Virus record (IMG/VR): IMGVR_UViG_3300047403_000141
Coordinates: 1 to 61,124 of that record
From: a virus
Lineage: Duplodnaviria; Caudoviricetes
Reading direction: 5' to 3' (one strand)
DNA: 61,124 nt
Positions 18,645 to 29,132 of the stretch are shown here, piece by piece (the stretch's first letter is position 1; the number at the start of each line of letters is the position of its first letter). The notes under the pieces were generated by a model. The model saw only the letters and a program-made list of their open reading frames with translations, did no database searches and was not told the origin of the DNA. A program made the translations under genes and the position numbers.

Positions 18645-20143
18645 CAGTTGGCACCTCCTGCCGTCAGCATCAGATCCCAGCCGCTCAGGCGGAGCGGCGC
18701 GCGCGTCCGGACGGACATCGCGACGGCGAGGGCATGGCCTCGCCCGGCGATCGTGTTCCAGTCCCACCGGCGGCGCTCGGTCGGTCCGGTCTCGCCCCAC
18801 ACGAAATCCCACTCCGGGCCGGCGAGCGCGTCGCGGGTCGCGGGCCACGTCACCTGATGGCCCTGCGGGATCGGCGGCAACTCGTCGTAGTCGGCGAGGA
18901 GCCGGAAGCGCGGCCGCACCGGCACGCTCACCATAGCCGGGCGGATGCGGACGGCATGCATCAGCCGGTTGCGGCCGTAGCGCTGAAAGCTCGTCACCAC
19001 CTCGGCGTCGACGGCCTGCTCGTAGATCGTGCCGCCGTAGCGGCGGATTTCGCCGGCAGCCGTGCCGTACCAGGCGCCATCCGCGGTTTCGCACCAGGCC
19101 GTTGCCGGCATACCGGCGAGCTCGGACCAGACCCCGCTCGTGCGCACGCTCTGCCGCCCGTCCGGGCGGTTGACGATGACGACCCCGTCGTCGGCCCCGG
19201 CTTCGATCACCTGCCACTCGGGTGCGGCCGGCCGCAGCGCCTCGCGGCGCCAGGCCTTGCCGACCGGGGCGCCGATGGCCGTCTCGTCCCGACGCTCTTT
19301 TGGCGTTCCGACGATCTGGCCCACCGCATAGAGGCCCGTCTTCGTCATCACTGCGACCTCGCCGCCGACCTTAGCGAGCGGGCGCCAGCCGAGAGGCGCG
19401 TCGATCTCGTAGGGGCCGGAAATCGACCACGTCGCGGCGTCGTTCGGGTTCGTGCCGGCGGCGACGAACAGCTCGCCGCCGCTCGTCACGATGACGAGGC
19501 TGTCGTCCGTCGAGCGCCCGGTGTCGCTCTGCATGACGGCAAGACCGACGACCCGCCCGCCGTTGCGGGCGAGCCCTGCCAGCGGGACAGCACACGCAAC
19601 GCCGGCGAACTGTCCCGCCGGCAGATACCAGAGGTCGAGGGTGCCGCGCTGCCAGAACCACATGCGTCGCATGTGGTAGGTGGCACCGGCGAGACGGCTC
19701 GCGTCGAGGTCGCCATCGGCCGTCGTGTCGGCCGTGATCGTCGCCGTGCGCCACGTCGTGCCGTCGAAGGCCCGCACGCCGTCGTAGCCGTTCGCCATCA
19801 CCAGAAGCGACCCGCCATCGTTGGCGATGACGTCGCCCGTCCAGCGCCCGGACGACAGCCCCGTCGCGATCGTCGCCGTGACGTTGCGCCCAACCTCGAC
19901 AAGGCGGTCGGGGAGCCCCGCGAACGTCCGCTCGCCGCGCCACGTGTGCAAAGCTTCGACCGCGCCCGGGAGCCCGGCGACGATCCGCTGATCCCCGCCC
20001 CTGACGGCGAGCTCGCCGTCGCGCACGACGAAGTTGATGAGCTGCAGCGCCTGCGTCGGCTTCATCGCCATCGGCGGCACGCCGTCGGCGAGGCCGCCGA
20101 TGGGCGCCGGCACAGCGAGCGGAGGAACGGCTTGCTGCGGCAT
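18644..20143 (-). CDS. Tail nozzle / packaged-DNA stabilisation protein
   Basis: PAPIGGL N-terminus; beta-rich 499 aa; synteny. Confidence 0.75.
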   Translation of the reverse strand: MPQQAVPPLAVPAPIGGLADGVPPMAMKPTQALQLINFVVRDGELAVRGGDQRIVAGLPGAVEALHTWRGERTFAGLPDRLVEVGRNVTATIATGLSSGRWTGDVIANDGGSLLVMANGYDGVRAFDGTTWRTATITADTTADGDLDASRLAGATYHMRRMWFWQRGTLDLWYLPAGQFAGVACAVPLAGLARNGGRVVGLAVMQSDTGRSTDDSLVIVTSGGELFVAAGTNPNDAATWSISGPYEIDAPLGWRPLAKVGGEVAVMTKTGLYAVGQIVGTPKERRDETAIGAPVGKAWRREALRPAAPEWQVIEAGADDGVVIVNRPDGRQSVRTSGVWSELAGMPATAWCETADGAWYGTAAGEIRRYGGTIYEQAVDAEVVTSFQRYGRNRLMHAVRIRPAMVSVPVRPRFRLLADYDELPPIPQGHQVTWPATRDALAGPEWDFVWGETGPTERRRWDWNTIAGRGHALAVAMSVRTRAPLRLSGWDLMLTAGGAN

Positions 20144-20147
20144 GCCG

Positions 20148-21992
20148 TCAGCTCTGCGTCCCGACGATGTCCCAGCCGACGCTGGTCGCCACATAGAACT
20201 TGTCGTTGCTGCGCACGAACACGCGCGCGCCGCGCAAGCCGGCGTTCCACGTCGGCAGGGCATCGACGATGCCGAGATCGAGGATCTGGCCGTGGGTCGC
20301 GCCGGCGGTGACGGAATAGGGTGTTGCCAGCCCCGTGATCGCGTTGTGGCCGACTTGGTTCAAAGTCGTCGCCGATCCGATCCTGATGCCAATCGTCGTG
20401 TTTGTATTGCCCTCGATGACGTTGGACGACACCATGTTGTGCTGGGTGCCGCCGACGCCGTCGTCGAGAAGATCGATGGCGACGCCCGACAGAGCCGATG
20501 GCCAGGTGTTGAGTCCGGACAGAGTGTTGCCGACGACCGAGCATCTCTGCGCGCCGGACAGTCGGATTCCGGCGCCTCCGGAAATTGCAAAGATATTGTT
20601 GCCGACGCAAGCGAGGTCCGTCGACCGGTTGAACTGCGATTGGCCCGAGTTGATCACTATCCCCATTGCCGCCGACGTTCCGGATACGCCGCCACTGCGG
20701 ATTGTGTTGAACCCGATCACACCGCCTTGCAGTCCAGATGCGAGGATGCCGGCCCCGCTGCCGCCAACCTTGCTGAACGTCGCGATCTTGTTGGTGACGA
20801 CGCTGATGAACTGGCACGGGAAGGACGACGCGAGCACGTCGGACGAGGTTGCGTCGTCGATCTGAATGCCGTTCCCGTCGATATTCGTGATGCCGTTGCG
20901 CTCGACTGTCCCGTTGAATGCACCCTTGAAAATGTTGATGCCTGTCGCCGCCCCGTCGATGATGCAGTCGGCGACGACGAATTCGTTGCAGCCCCCGGTC
21001 AGCCCCGTCCGCGTCAGGAAAATCGCGTCGCCCTCGATCCGGCGCAGACCAACGCGCATGATCGAGAACCGAGAGCCGCCACCGATGGAAACACCAGCAT
21101 AGGGCGACAGCGCAGGCGGCGACGCGCCCCACGCCGCGCGGTTCCCGATCAGCGTGAAGTCCCGCAACCCGAACGTGACCTTGTCTTGGGCCGTGATCGG
21201 GACGGCGCCGAGGCCGGCGCCGAGCGTCGCAATGTTGGGGAGGACAAGATTCGTAATGTCCGTGCCATGGCCCGCGAGCACGACGCCCGTCGCCAGCACA
21301 ATTTGCGACGTAATAGCAAGGTTTCCAGGCGGCAGGATCAGTGTGCCACCGCCACGGCTCACGATATCAGCCACGGCCGTGTTGATGGCCGTGGCGTTGT
21401 TGGCGTTCGCGGTGCTGACGCCGTAGGCCGCCGCATCGTAGCCGCGGGCCGTCATGTCCCCGCCGAGCACGGCATAAGCGGAACCGTTCCAGCGATGCCC
21501 AAGACCGGAATCGTTGGCGATGTAGATCTTCCCGACGATCCCCGGCGCCGGAAAAGCCGCGAGATTCGCGAACGGAAGAACGTCGGACGGCAAGTTCGTC
21601 AACTGACTCCCGTCGACAGCCGGAAGCCGCGCCGAGCCGTCCAGCTTGACGACCTTGTCGGCCGCCGTTCCCGTCGGGATGCGCGCAACGTCGGCCGTTC
21701 CGGTCGCGTGCGCAAGGTCGAGGTAATAGGCGCCATGCTGGCCGTCGAGAAGGTCAGCGTCGAGGCCGTTACCGGACCCGACGTTCGCGGTGGCCGCGGT
21801 CCCGAGAGCCAACGCGCTCCGTCCGGCTGCCTGGCTTGCGGCGCCGAGCACGGCAAGTCCTGTGGCTGTCGCCTGGCTGTCGTCGACCTTGGCGTCGAGG
21901 AGCGCCTGAAGGCCAACGACATCGGCGGCATCCATGGTGCCGGTGGGCGTCGGCGTGCCGGTGACGAGCGAAGACAGAGGATAGGTGGTCAT
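20148..21992 (-). CDS. Tailspike with right-handed beta-helix (pectate-lyase-like depolymerase)
   Basis: AAAYG...AINTA...GGGTLILPPG entry motif; repeated xxNxI/GIx rungs. Confidence 0.85.
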   Translation of the reverse strand: MTTYPLSSLVTGTPTPTGTMDAADVVGLQALLDAKVDDSQATATGLAVLGAASQAAGRSALALGTAATANVGSGNGLDADLLDGQHGAYYLDLAHATGTADVARIPTGTAADKVVKLDGSARLPAVDGSQLTNLPSDVLPFANLAAFPAPGIVGKIYIANDSGLGHRWNGSAYAVLGGDMTARGYDAAAYGVSTANANNATAINTAVADIVSRGGGTLILPPGNLAITSQIVLATGVVLAGHGTDITNLVLPNIATLGAGLGAVPITAQDKVTFGLRDFTLIGNRAAWGASPPALSPYAGVSIGGGSRFSIMRVGLRRIEGDAIFLTRTGLTGGCNEFVVADCIIDGAATGINIFKGAFNGTVERNGITNIDGNGIQIDDATSSDVLASSFPCQFISVVTNKIATFSKVGGSGAGILASGLQGGVIGFNTIRSGGVSGTSAAMGIVINSGQSQFNRSTDLACVGNNIFAISGGAGIRLSGAQRCSVVGNTLSGLNTWPSALSGVAIDLLDDGVGGTQHNMVSSNVIEGNTNTTIGIRIGSATTLNQVGHNAITGLATPYSVTAGATHGQILDLGIVDALPTWNAGLRGARVFVRSNDKFYVATSVGWDIVGTQS

Positions 21993-22207
21993 GCGTCGCT
22001 CCTCGTCTCGGGCGTCGTCGCAGCGTCAGGAGGCAGCGCCACGTGCTTGGCGAGTTCCGCCTTCAGTTTGGCGACCTCGGCGGTCAGGGCCTGGTTCTCG
22101 CGACGCAGCCGCATGTGATCGGCCTGGACATGGGCCAGTTGATCGGAAACGGCGTTGCGCTGGAGCGCGATGGCCGTGATGAGGTCGTGCGCCTGCTCGT
22201 TCGCCAT
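21989..22207 (-). CDS. Small coiled-coil protein (fibre chaperone-like)
   Basis: QRN motif and heptad pattern; lies between fibre and spike genes. Confidence 0.65.
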   Translation of the reverse strand: MANEQAHDLITAIALQRNAVSDQLAHVQADHMRLRRENQALTAEVAKLKAELAKHVALPPDAATTPETRSDA

Positions 22208-22211
22208 CGCG

Positions 22212-24029
22212 TTAAGCTCCGATGAGGCCGTGCGTGGTCAGCGCCGCTTGCATCGCCATCACCCGGCCGGCGAGTTGCGCAAGCGTCACGGTCGACGTGT
22301 CGTAGACGGTGGCCTTGTTCGAGGTTCCGGTCATGGCGGACCATCCGGTGTCGCGCGTGCCGATGATCTGCAGGCCGTTCAGCGCGATGTTCGGGGTTGC
22401 CGTCGCCGAGATGTTCACCTTCGTGTTGCCTGACCGGTCGAACAAACCGAGCGTCGTTCCGCCAATGGCCGCCGTGCTCTGGATCGACCACATGAAGATC
22501 GAGCCGTTCTCGACGACGCCGTCGAATCGGCCCTGGTTCGCCGTGCCGGCGTTGAGAGGGCCGGCCGCGAAATACAGCGTTCTGACGGTCCCGGCGTTGT
22601 CGTCCTGCGTCGCGAACTGCGTCGCATGCGTCTCGCCCGAAACCGTGTTGTTCTGTTCCTGGCGGAACGTGTTCAGGCCCGATCCGGCGGCGATCGACTT
22701 GGTGTGCAGACGCACGGTCGGAAGCACGCCGATGCCGAGGCCGGACGAGTTGAGCCGCGCCATCTCGGCGCTGTTGATCGCCCACCCGATCGACGTCACC
22801 GACGGCGCGTACATGCCATAGGTCGGGATCGTCGACCCAGTCGGAATGAAAGCCGTTGCGGTCGCCGAGCTCGACAGGTTGACGCTGGTGCCCGTCGCGA
22901 CGCCAATGTTGGGGGTCACGAGCGTCGGCGTGTTCGCGAAGACGAGCGCGCCCGACCCGGTCTCGTCGGTGACAGTCGCTGCGAGGTTTGCCGACGACGG
23001 CGTCGCGAGGAATGTCAGAACGCCGGCCGCAGCCGTCGCGGTCGCCAGCGCCGTGAGACTGAGCAGCGCCCGCATCGACGCATAGGTCGTCGTCAGCATG
23101 GCCCGACCATCCGCCGTGCTGTCGGTGACGTCCGCGCTCGTCAGCGTCACGGCGCCCGTCCGGCCCGCGACCGACAACACCTGATCCGTGTAGTCGAGCT
23201 TGTGCCAGTTGTTGGCGTAGACCGTCGTCGAGGCGTTGTCAGCGAGGGCGACGATGCGGTCGTTGGCGACGAAGTCGACGCCGCCGACGGTTCCGCCGAC
23301 GCTGACGATGTAGGACCAGCCTGCCTGTGCAATGCCACTGCCGGGGAACGTCCCGCTGGCAGCGCTCCATGTCCCTTTCAGCACGACAGCCTGATCGAGC
23401 GCCGCAACGGCGCCGCCGAGGTACTGGAGCGCGCTCTCGACCGTCGTCCCGGCGAAGTAGCTCCCGGCATCCTGGATGCCGATCAGAGCGGCGCCCTGGC
23501 CGCCCGAGACGCTCGCCAGCGTCGGGTACTGCGCCAGCTCGTTGCCGGCAACCGCGACGCGCCCCGCGGCGAGCCGGGAAAGCAGCGTGTCCGCCGTATG
23601 CCCGAGGTTGAGCCCGGCGAGCTGCGGTGAGTCCCCGGTCCCGATGCCGAGCGTGGCGCGCACCGCCGGCCCGCTCGTGTCGTCGAGGAACGTGGCCGCG
23701 AACGCACTGATGGTAGTGGCAACCGACGCCGTGAACGCGCCCCCGAGGGAGAGCGCTTGGCCTTGCAGGCTGATGACGTTCGGCAGCGCGTCGATCGCCG
23801 CCTCGATCGTCGTCTCGGTGGTGGCGTCGAGCGCATCGACGTTCTGCAACGTCAGCACGCCCGAGGCGTCTGCGAACGGGACCGACTGCCCGACGCGCAG
23901 CGTGTTGATGACGAGCGTGTCGACGGTCTGCGTGCTGCCGTAAACCGGTGTTGGCCACACCGGTTGCGGGTAGGGGTTGCTCGGCGACGGCGTCAGAAGG
24001 CCGATCGGTCCGTGGTCATAGAGTCCCAT
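22212..24029 (-). CDS. Tail fibre protein
   Basis: VLSVAGRTGAVTL; FLATPSSANLAATVTDETGSGALVF; Thr/Gly/Ala-rich. Confidence 0.8.
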   Translation of the reverse strand: MGLYDHGPIGLLTPSPSNPYPQPVWPTPVYGSTQTVDTLVINTLRVGQSVPFADASGVLTLQNVDALDATTETTIEAAIDALPNVISLQGQALSLGGAFTASVATTISAFAATFLDDTSGPAVRATLGIGTGDSPQLAGLNLGHTADTLLSRLAAGRVAVAGNELAQYPTLASVSGGQGAALIGIQDAGSYFAGTTVESALQYLGGAVAALDQAVVLKGTWSAASGTFPGSGIAQAGWSYIVSVGGTVGGVDFVANDRIVALADNASTTVYANNWHKLDYTDQVLSVAGRTGAVTLTSADVTDSTADGRAMLTTTYASMRALLSLTALATATAAAGVLTFLATPSSANLAATVTDETGSGALVFANTPTLVTPNIGVATGTSVNLSSSATATAFIPTGSTIPTYGMYAPSVTSIGWAINSAEMARLNSSGLGIGVLPTVRLHTKSIAAGSGLNTFRQEQNNTVSGETHATQFATQDDNAGTVRTLYFAAGPLNAGTANQGRFDGVVENGSIFMWSIQSTAAIGGTTLGLFDRSGNTKVNISATATPNIALNGLQIIGTRDTGWSAMTGTSNKATVYDTSTVTLAQLAGRVMAMQAALTTHGLIGA

Positions 24030-25354
24030 CAGGCCCCTCCCGCGTCGATGAGCACCGGCGCGATGACCGGGCGCCGGCTCGACGGCTGCTCGCCGCTGCC
24101 CATGCGGAGCACGGCCCCGTCGAGATTGGCGACCACCTCGGAATAGAGCGCGGACTCGAACGCCTGCATGTCGCCGGCTGCCGGCTGTCCGTCACGCGCC
24201 TGCATCTGCGCCACCACGCCGAGCGTCACCAGCTCGGGGCTCCACATCGGCTCGTCGGTGTCTGCGGTGACCGCCGCCTTGCGCTTGGCATAGCCGAGGC
24301 GCGGGTTGCCGCTCGCCGACCATGGCTGACCGGCAAGCTGGCCCGAGGTGTCGAACTCGGGCGCACCACTGGCGTCGGCGGTCAGCACCATGACACTCGA
24401 CAGATAGCTCTGCGGTGGCGCTACCGTGATCCCGCCGCGGGTGATGAGGCGGGCGCCGAGCGAGCTCCACACGCCCGTTGCTGCAATCAGCTCGATCCAC
24501 TCTCCCGGAACCAGCACCGGCAGATGCAGGAGATGCCCCTTCTGGACGACGTAGCGGGTATACGGTGCGAGCGTCATGCCATTGGCGGTCGGCGTGGCCG
24601 ACGACACCCAGGCGCCGAAGGCCGCCGTCATCTCGTAGCCGGACCCGCGCTGAGCGATTGTCACGATGTCCCGCGACGACGGGTCGACGTCGATCACCTG
24701 CAACGGCGCGCTGCCGGGCGTCGTGATAGATCCGCCATGCGTGCCCCACGTGCCCGACGCCGGGAGAAGCTCGACCGTCTCCCCATCGGCGAGCGCCGGG
24801 AGGACGACCGTGTGCCCGGGGTAGAAGACGCACCTCTGGAAGGCCGTCAGCGTCCGCGGCGAGGCCGTCGACGACACCACCTCGTGCGCGCGCGGCGGCT
24901 CGGTGACGATCGCCGTCGAAACGTACTCGTAGGAAAGCGTCGAGCCATAACTCCACGGCGAGATCAGCAGGTCGCTGCCGCGGCGCATCCAGCGCGGCTC
25001 CCAGGTCGGGATCGGCCGCCCGATGAGCTTCTGGAAGTCGGCAGGGCTCTCCGACATGGCGAGGGAGACGCCGCGCGTGTGGTCAAACATCGTCTGATCG
25101 ACGAAGCGCTTGAAGTCGGCCGGGATGCCGGCATGCTGAACGAGGCCGGGCTGCGAGAGGAACGCGTGCACGCGCCGGCTCTGCTGCCAGTCCACGCCCT
25201 GCCGGTCGCGGATCGTCTCCAGCGTCCGGGTGATCGCGCGCCGCAAGCGCCGGTGTGTCGTGCCGGGCTCGTCCTCGGACGCCGGGAACAGCGTCTCCGG
25301 CATCTCCAGAGACAGGTCGTCCGCCGCTTGGCGCGCGATCTCCAGGACGTTCAC
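24029..25354 (-). CDS. Head-tail adaptor protein with an internal tandem-repeat insertion
   Basis: DWQ..PADF.RF N-terminal part and ADTD..PEL..LG C-terminal part flanking about 200 extra aa. Confidence 0.7.
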   Translation of the reverse strand: MNVLEIARQAADDLSLEMPETLFPASEDEPGTTHRRLRRAITRTLETIRDRQGVDWQQSRRVHAFLSQPGLVQHAGIPADFKRFVDQTMFDHTRGVSLAMSESPADFQKLIGRPIPTWEPRWMRRGSDLLISPWSYGSTLSYEYVSTAIVTEPPRAHEVVSSTASPRTLTAFQRCVFYPGHTVVLPALADGETVELLPASGTWGTHGGSITTPGSAPLQVIDVDPSSRDIVTIAQRGSGYEMTAAFGAWVSSATPTANGMTLAPYTRYVVQKGHLLHLPVLVPGEWIELIAATGVWSSLGARLITRGGITVAPPQSYLSSVMVLTADASGAPEFDTSGQLAGQPWSASGNPRLGYAKRKAAVTADTDEPMWSPELVTLGVVAQMQARDGQPAAGDMQAFESALYSEVVANLDGAVLRMGSGEQPSSRRPVIAPVLIDAGGA

Positions 25355-26145
25355 GCGGCGGCCCTACGATCGGAGCCATTAACGCTCTTCGCCGGAGCGC
25401 CACTGGCGCCAGTGGCGTTCGGCGCCTCGGGCTTGGCGCCGGCCTCCGCGAGCTTCTGGCCGGTCAGACGCAGAATGATCTGCTTCAACTCGCCGACCTC
25501 CGACTTGAGCGCCGTCATCTCGGCGTCGCGCGTCTCGGCCGAGGTTGCCAGCGCCCGCGCCTGGTAGGCGTAGAGGAACGCCTTCGCCTCCTCGCGCATC
25601 CGGGACGGCTGCAACCCGCCCGGGAGGGAGGCGATCTTCGCCTCGGTCGCCTCGGCCATCATGTTGACGGAGAAGATGTGGAAATGGCGAAGGATGGCGC
25701 GGACCCCGTCGGTGACGGCCGGCCACTCTTCCAGGGCAACGTGGCCCTGCGGCAGCGCTGACCCGTTCCTCTGGTCCTTGGTCTGGAAGTATTCGATGAC
25801 GCGGGTGGCCCGTGCGCGCGCGATGCCGCCGGCGAAGTCGTCGGCCGGGAGCTTGGTGTCGACGGCGAGCAGGTCCTTGACGCGGGCCTCGCCCGAGTTC
25901 ATGACGCCGGCGCGCTCCTGCTGAAACTCGATCCAAACTTCGTCCTCGACAACGGGCTCTCCGGTCGCCGAATCGATCTTCGGAACGATCTCGTCGGCGA
26001 TCCCGAGGTGCGGGGTGCCGCGCTTGGTCTCCATGACGGGGACCGGAACCGTCCAGTGGCGCTTGATGTAGAACGTGATCGGCTGCGTCGACATGCCGAG
26101 CGTATGCTTGATGCGCTCCATGTCCTTTTCGGCGTTGGGCGTCAT
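25351..26145 (-). CDS. Conserved hypothetical protein of the head cluster
   Basis: G..LEEWP...I.SV..MAE motif; C-terminal coiled coil. Confidence 0.65.
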   Translation of the reverse strand: MTPNAEKDMERIKHTLGMSTQPITFYIKRHWTVPVPVMETKRGTPHLGIADEIVPKIDSATGEPVVEDEVWIEFQQERAGVMNSGEARVKDLLAVDTKLPADDFAGGIARARATRVIEYFQTKDQRNGSALPQGHVALEEWPAVTDGVRAILRHFHIFSVNMMAEATEAKIASLPGGLQPSRMREEAKAFLYAYQARALATSAETRDAEMTALKSEVGELKQIILRLTGQKLAEAGAKPEAPNATGASGAPAKSVNGSDRRAAA

Positions 26146-26209
26146 GCTGTCTCCGAAGGTGGGGATGCGACCGGGCCCAAGGGCGTCCCGGCCGCAATGT
26201 CGGACGGCC

Positions 26210-26776
26210 TCAGATGTCGAGCACCCAGCCGAACTCGTTGATGGCGAAGGGGGCATAGGATCGCGCCGTGCCGGCCGCAGCCGTCAGCGTGCCGTCCGCC
26301 GGAACCACCGTGCAAAGCGTCCAGGCGAAGGCCGCCGGGTCGCAGTTGAGGTTGCCGGCGGCGTACGCGAAACCCGGCCTCTCGATCGTTGCCGTCAGAA
26401 TGCCGCCCGTGGCACTGACCGTCGCCACGCGCAGCGCGCCCGAGCCATTGAGCAGCCCCGCGGTGGCGAAGTGCACCGGGACGACCTCGCCGACGACGTA
26501 TCCGGTGCCGGCGGTCACCACGGCGCTGACCGACGCGAGGCCGCCGTTCGAGACGGTGACCGTCACCACCGCCGGCGTCGCGGTCGGCGTTGCCACGGCG
26601 GCGGTCGCTTTGACGAACCGCCAGGGGTTGCCGTTGACGTCGCGCCGGACGAGGTTCTGCTGCGCCATCTGCGGCGCGAACCCCCGCCACGTCGGCGAGA
26701 ACCCGCCGACTTCGGTCGCGAACTGCTTGATCTCGAACCGCTGGCCGTCGCCGAAGCGCTTGTTCAGTGAGGACAT
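26210..26776 (-). CDS. Probable capsid decoration / cement protein
   Basis: Directly after the MCP; AAGGAG RBS; Ala/Thr/Val-rich. Confidence 0.6.
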   Translation of the reverse strand: MSSLNKRFGDGQRFEIKQFATEVGGFSPTWRGFAPQMAQQNLVRRDVNGNPWRFVKATAAVATPTATPAVVTVTVSNGGLASVSAVVTAGTGYVVGEVVPVHFATAGLLNGSGALRVATVSATGGILTATIERPGFAYAAGNLNCDPAAFAWTLCTVVPADGTLTAAAGTARSYAPFAINEFGWVLDI

Positions 26777-26804
26777 GTGTGGGTGTCTCCTTCGACGAGG
26801 CCGA

Positions 26805-27773
26805 TCAGGTGCGGATGATGGCGTGGCAACGGCGCTTGTCCGTGTACATCGCACCCATCCATCGGGCGAGCATCACCTTCTGGAAGCTGTCGATCGGTCG
26901 AACGCCCTTGTCGAACTGCCACTGAGCGCCATCCAACTCCTCGATGAAGATGTGGTCGGTGCACAGCAGATAGCTCACGTCGATGTCGAGGCCGAAGAGC
27001 GAGTTCTGGTCCCACTGGACGTCGAGGTTGCCGTGGCTGATGACGTTCCAGTTCAGGTTCGCCCGCGACTCCTTCATGTAGCCGGGGTCGTTGAAGTAGG
27101 TCTTGCTGCGCAGCTCCTTGGCGAGAAGCTTCCAGTGCTTGACCGAGGCCACACAGAGGTCGGGCTTCTCGACGCCGTCCGTGGCCTTGATCACGGCGCT
27201 GTCGAGCGCATCGACGAGCTGCGTCGAGGTGTAGCCGCCGGGAAGCACCTCGACCTGCGTCTGCCAGCGTGGCCAGGCAGCGACCGAGACGCCGCCGTAA
27301 TCACCGGCGCCGGACGACGTCACGAATGACGGGATGCCGTAGAGCGACTCGTAGCCGGAGCCGTCCGAATACATCTCGACGCCCATGCGGTTGCCGGCCG
27401 TGTCGGAGGCGGCATCCATGAGCATCTCGGCGAAATCGAAAATCCGCTCCTTGCCCTTGTTGACGTCGAGCTCGCGCTGCGAGACCTGGACGACCATCAC
27501 CTTCTCCGACCAGCCCATGTTGAGCTGTGCGGCGACGTTCGAGGCGCCGAGGTTGATCTTCTGACCACCGTAGATGTTCTGGATGGTCTGGTTCTCGCCG
27601 AGCACCAGCGGCTGCGTGAGCTGCGTGCCACCGCCGGTGTGGGTCTTGATCCGACCCTTCTCCTTCAGGCGGTTGAGCAGGAAGTGGCGGTCGACGATGG
27701 ACGACGTCGGGGTGCGCTTCTTGTCCTCGTACGTCGCAATGGCGATGTCCGCCAGCACGTCCAGGTTGGACAT
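26805..27773 (-). CDS. Major capsid protein
   Basis: 322 aa; GGxxLxxPLxxxEN, YSDG, YGG and KPDL motifs; TAAGGA RBS; follows the scaffold. Confidence 0.88.
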   Translation of the reverse strand: MSNLDVLADIAIATYEDKKRTPTSSIVDRHFLLNRLKEKGRIKTHTGGGTQLTQPLVLGENQTIQNIYGGQKINLGASNVAAQLNMGWSEKVMVVQVSQRELDVNKGKERIFDFAEMLMDAASDTAGNRMGVEMYSDGSGYESLYGIPSFVTSSGAGDYGGVSVAAWPRWQTQVEVLPGGYTSTQLVDALDSAVIKATDGVEKPDLCVASVKHWKLLAKELRSKTYFNDPGYMKESRANLNWNVISHGNLDVQWDQNSLFGLDIDVSYLLCTDHIFIEELDGAQWQFDKGVRPIDSFQKVMLARWMGAMYTDKRRCHAIIRT

Positions 27774-27785
27774 GGCATGTGGTCC

Positions 27786-29132
27786 TTAGACTGCGGTTGG
27801 GGTCAGCCCATGGCGCTTGTGAGCCGCGGCCCACAGCTCCGCCCGCCTCTGCGCCTTGGAGAGGGCGCGGTCGGCGTTCGGGAGGCCGTTGACAGCGACC
27901 GACGAGGCGTGCGCGGCGGCCTCGGCCGCTCGCTTTGCCTCGTATCGCTTCTGCGCCTGGGCGTTGATCGACTTCTCGTAGTCGGGGTCCAATCGGCGGG
28001 CGACGTCATAGGCTTTGCTCAACGCCTGCTCCCCGGTCATTCCAGGGTTCGCAGCTCTGAGCACGCCGATGAGGTCGGCGATCGTCTCTTCGTACTCTTC
28101 GAAGTCGGGCCGGTCCTTGACGAAAGCGTCGAGGCTCTTGCTGCTCTCGGTCGTGCGGGTCTGATACCGCGCCGTCGCGTCCGCACGTTCGGCCTCTTCC
28201 ATCATCTGACGGAAGGCCTCGTCGCGGGCTTTGATCTGGTTGGACGACTGATGCAGCTGGCGCTCGAGCGCACTGATCCGCGCCTGGGCTTCCGTGAGCC
28301 GGGGATCCGGCGGAAGCTGGCTCGGGTCGATCGTCTGGGCCGCGTATTGCGCAAGGTCGATGCCGTAGTCGCGAGCGAGAGCGGCGATGCCGGCCATGGG
28401 ATCGCGATCGATCGTCTGGGCTCTCTGCACGAGGTTGCGAATGGCCTCGTGCGGTTCGAGCTGCCAGCCGGCGAACGTGTCCCTGAACGACTCGACGGTG
28501 TCGAACAGCGGCTTTGCGGCCTTGAGCGTCTGCCCCACCCGCGTGAAATCGCGTGCGACGTCCCTGTCCCGTTGTGCAAGGTAGCTCTGCACCGTGGGTT
28601 CCAGGGTCGACCACTTCTCCTTCATCGCAGCGGGCCACGACTGCGGCGGCGGCGCGGCCGGTTGCGCAACCGGCGTCGCCTCCGCTGCCTTCGCGGGCTG
28701 GCCCGCATCGGCCTTCGGCGTGGCCTCGGTCGAGGTCGCCTTGGGCGGATTGTTGTGGCCGGGCGCGGCATCGGCGGCGGGCGCCGGCTTGCCATCGGTC
28801 TCGGCCTTGGTGAACTTGCCGTCGGCGGCGCGCGTCGGCTCGGATCTGGCTCGGCTTGTCTCGGCGGCGCGATCGGCGGCGTCCTTCGCGGCTTGATTGA
28901 GGAACCCCGTGCGCTCCGCCTTCTCGGCCTCCACGCGCTTCATCGACCGGTCGTAAACGGCATCCAGCCGCTTGCGGCGTGCGGCGGTTTCGGCGGCTTC
29001 GACCTCGCCGCGCGTCATCTCGCGCTTTGGCGGTGCCGGCTCGGCGGGTTGCGACGCGGGAGCGGGCGTGTCGGCGGCAACAGCCGGGGCGGCCGGTTCG
29101 CCTTGCGGCTCCGGCGTCGTCGTGTCGAGCAT
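27786..29132 (-). CDS. Capsid scaffolding protein
   Basis: RAADGKF, PPQSW..KW..L motifs; charged helical; upstream of the MCP. Confidence 0.8.
   Translation of the reverse strand: MLDTTTPEPQGEPAAPAVAADTPAPASQPAEPAPPKREMTRGEVEAAETAARRKRLDAVYDRSMKRVEAEKAERTGFLNQAAKDAADRAAETSRARSEPTRAADGKFTKAETDGKPAPAADAAPGHNNPPKATSTEATPKADAGQPAKAAEATPVAQPAAPPPQSWPAAMKEKWSTLEPTVQSYLAQRDRDVARDFTRVGQTLKAAKPLFDTVESFRDTFAGWQLEPHEAIRNLVQRAQTIDRDPMAGIAALARDYGIDLAQYAAQTIDPSQLPPDPRLTEAQARISALERQLHQSSNQIKARDEAFRQMMEEAERADATARYQTRTTESSKSLDAFVKDRPDFEEYEETIADLIGVLRAANPGMTGEQALSKAYDVARRLDPDYEKSINAQAQKRYEAKRAAEAAAHASSVAVNGLPNADRALSKAQRRAELWAAAHKRHGLTPTAV

Noticed and set aside
9099-24029. Diversity-generating retroelement or invertible tail-fibre shufflon
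   Set aside because: No reverse transcriptase, no template/variable repeat pair and no inverted fibre cassette were seen by eye
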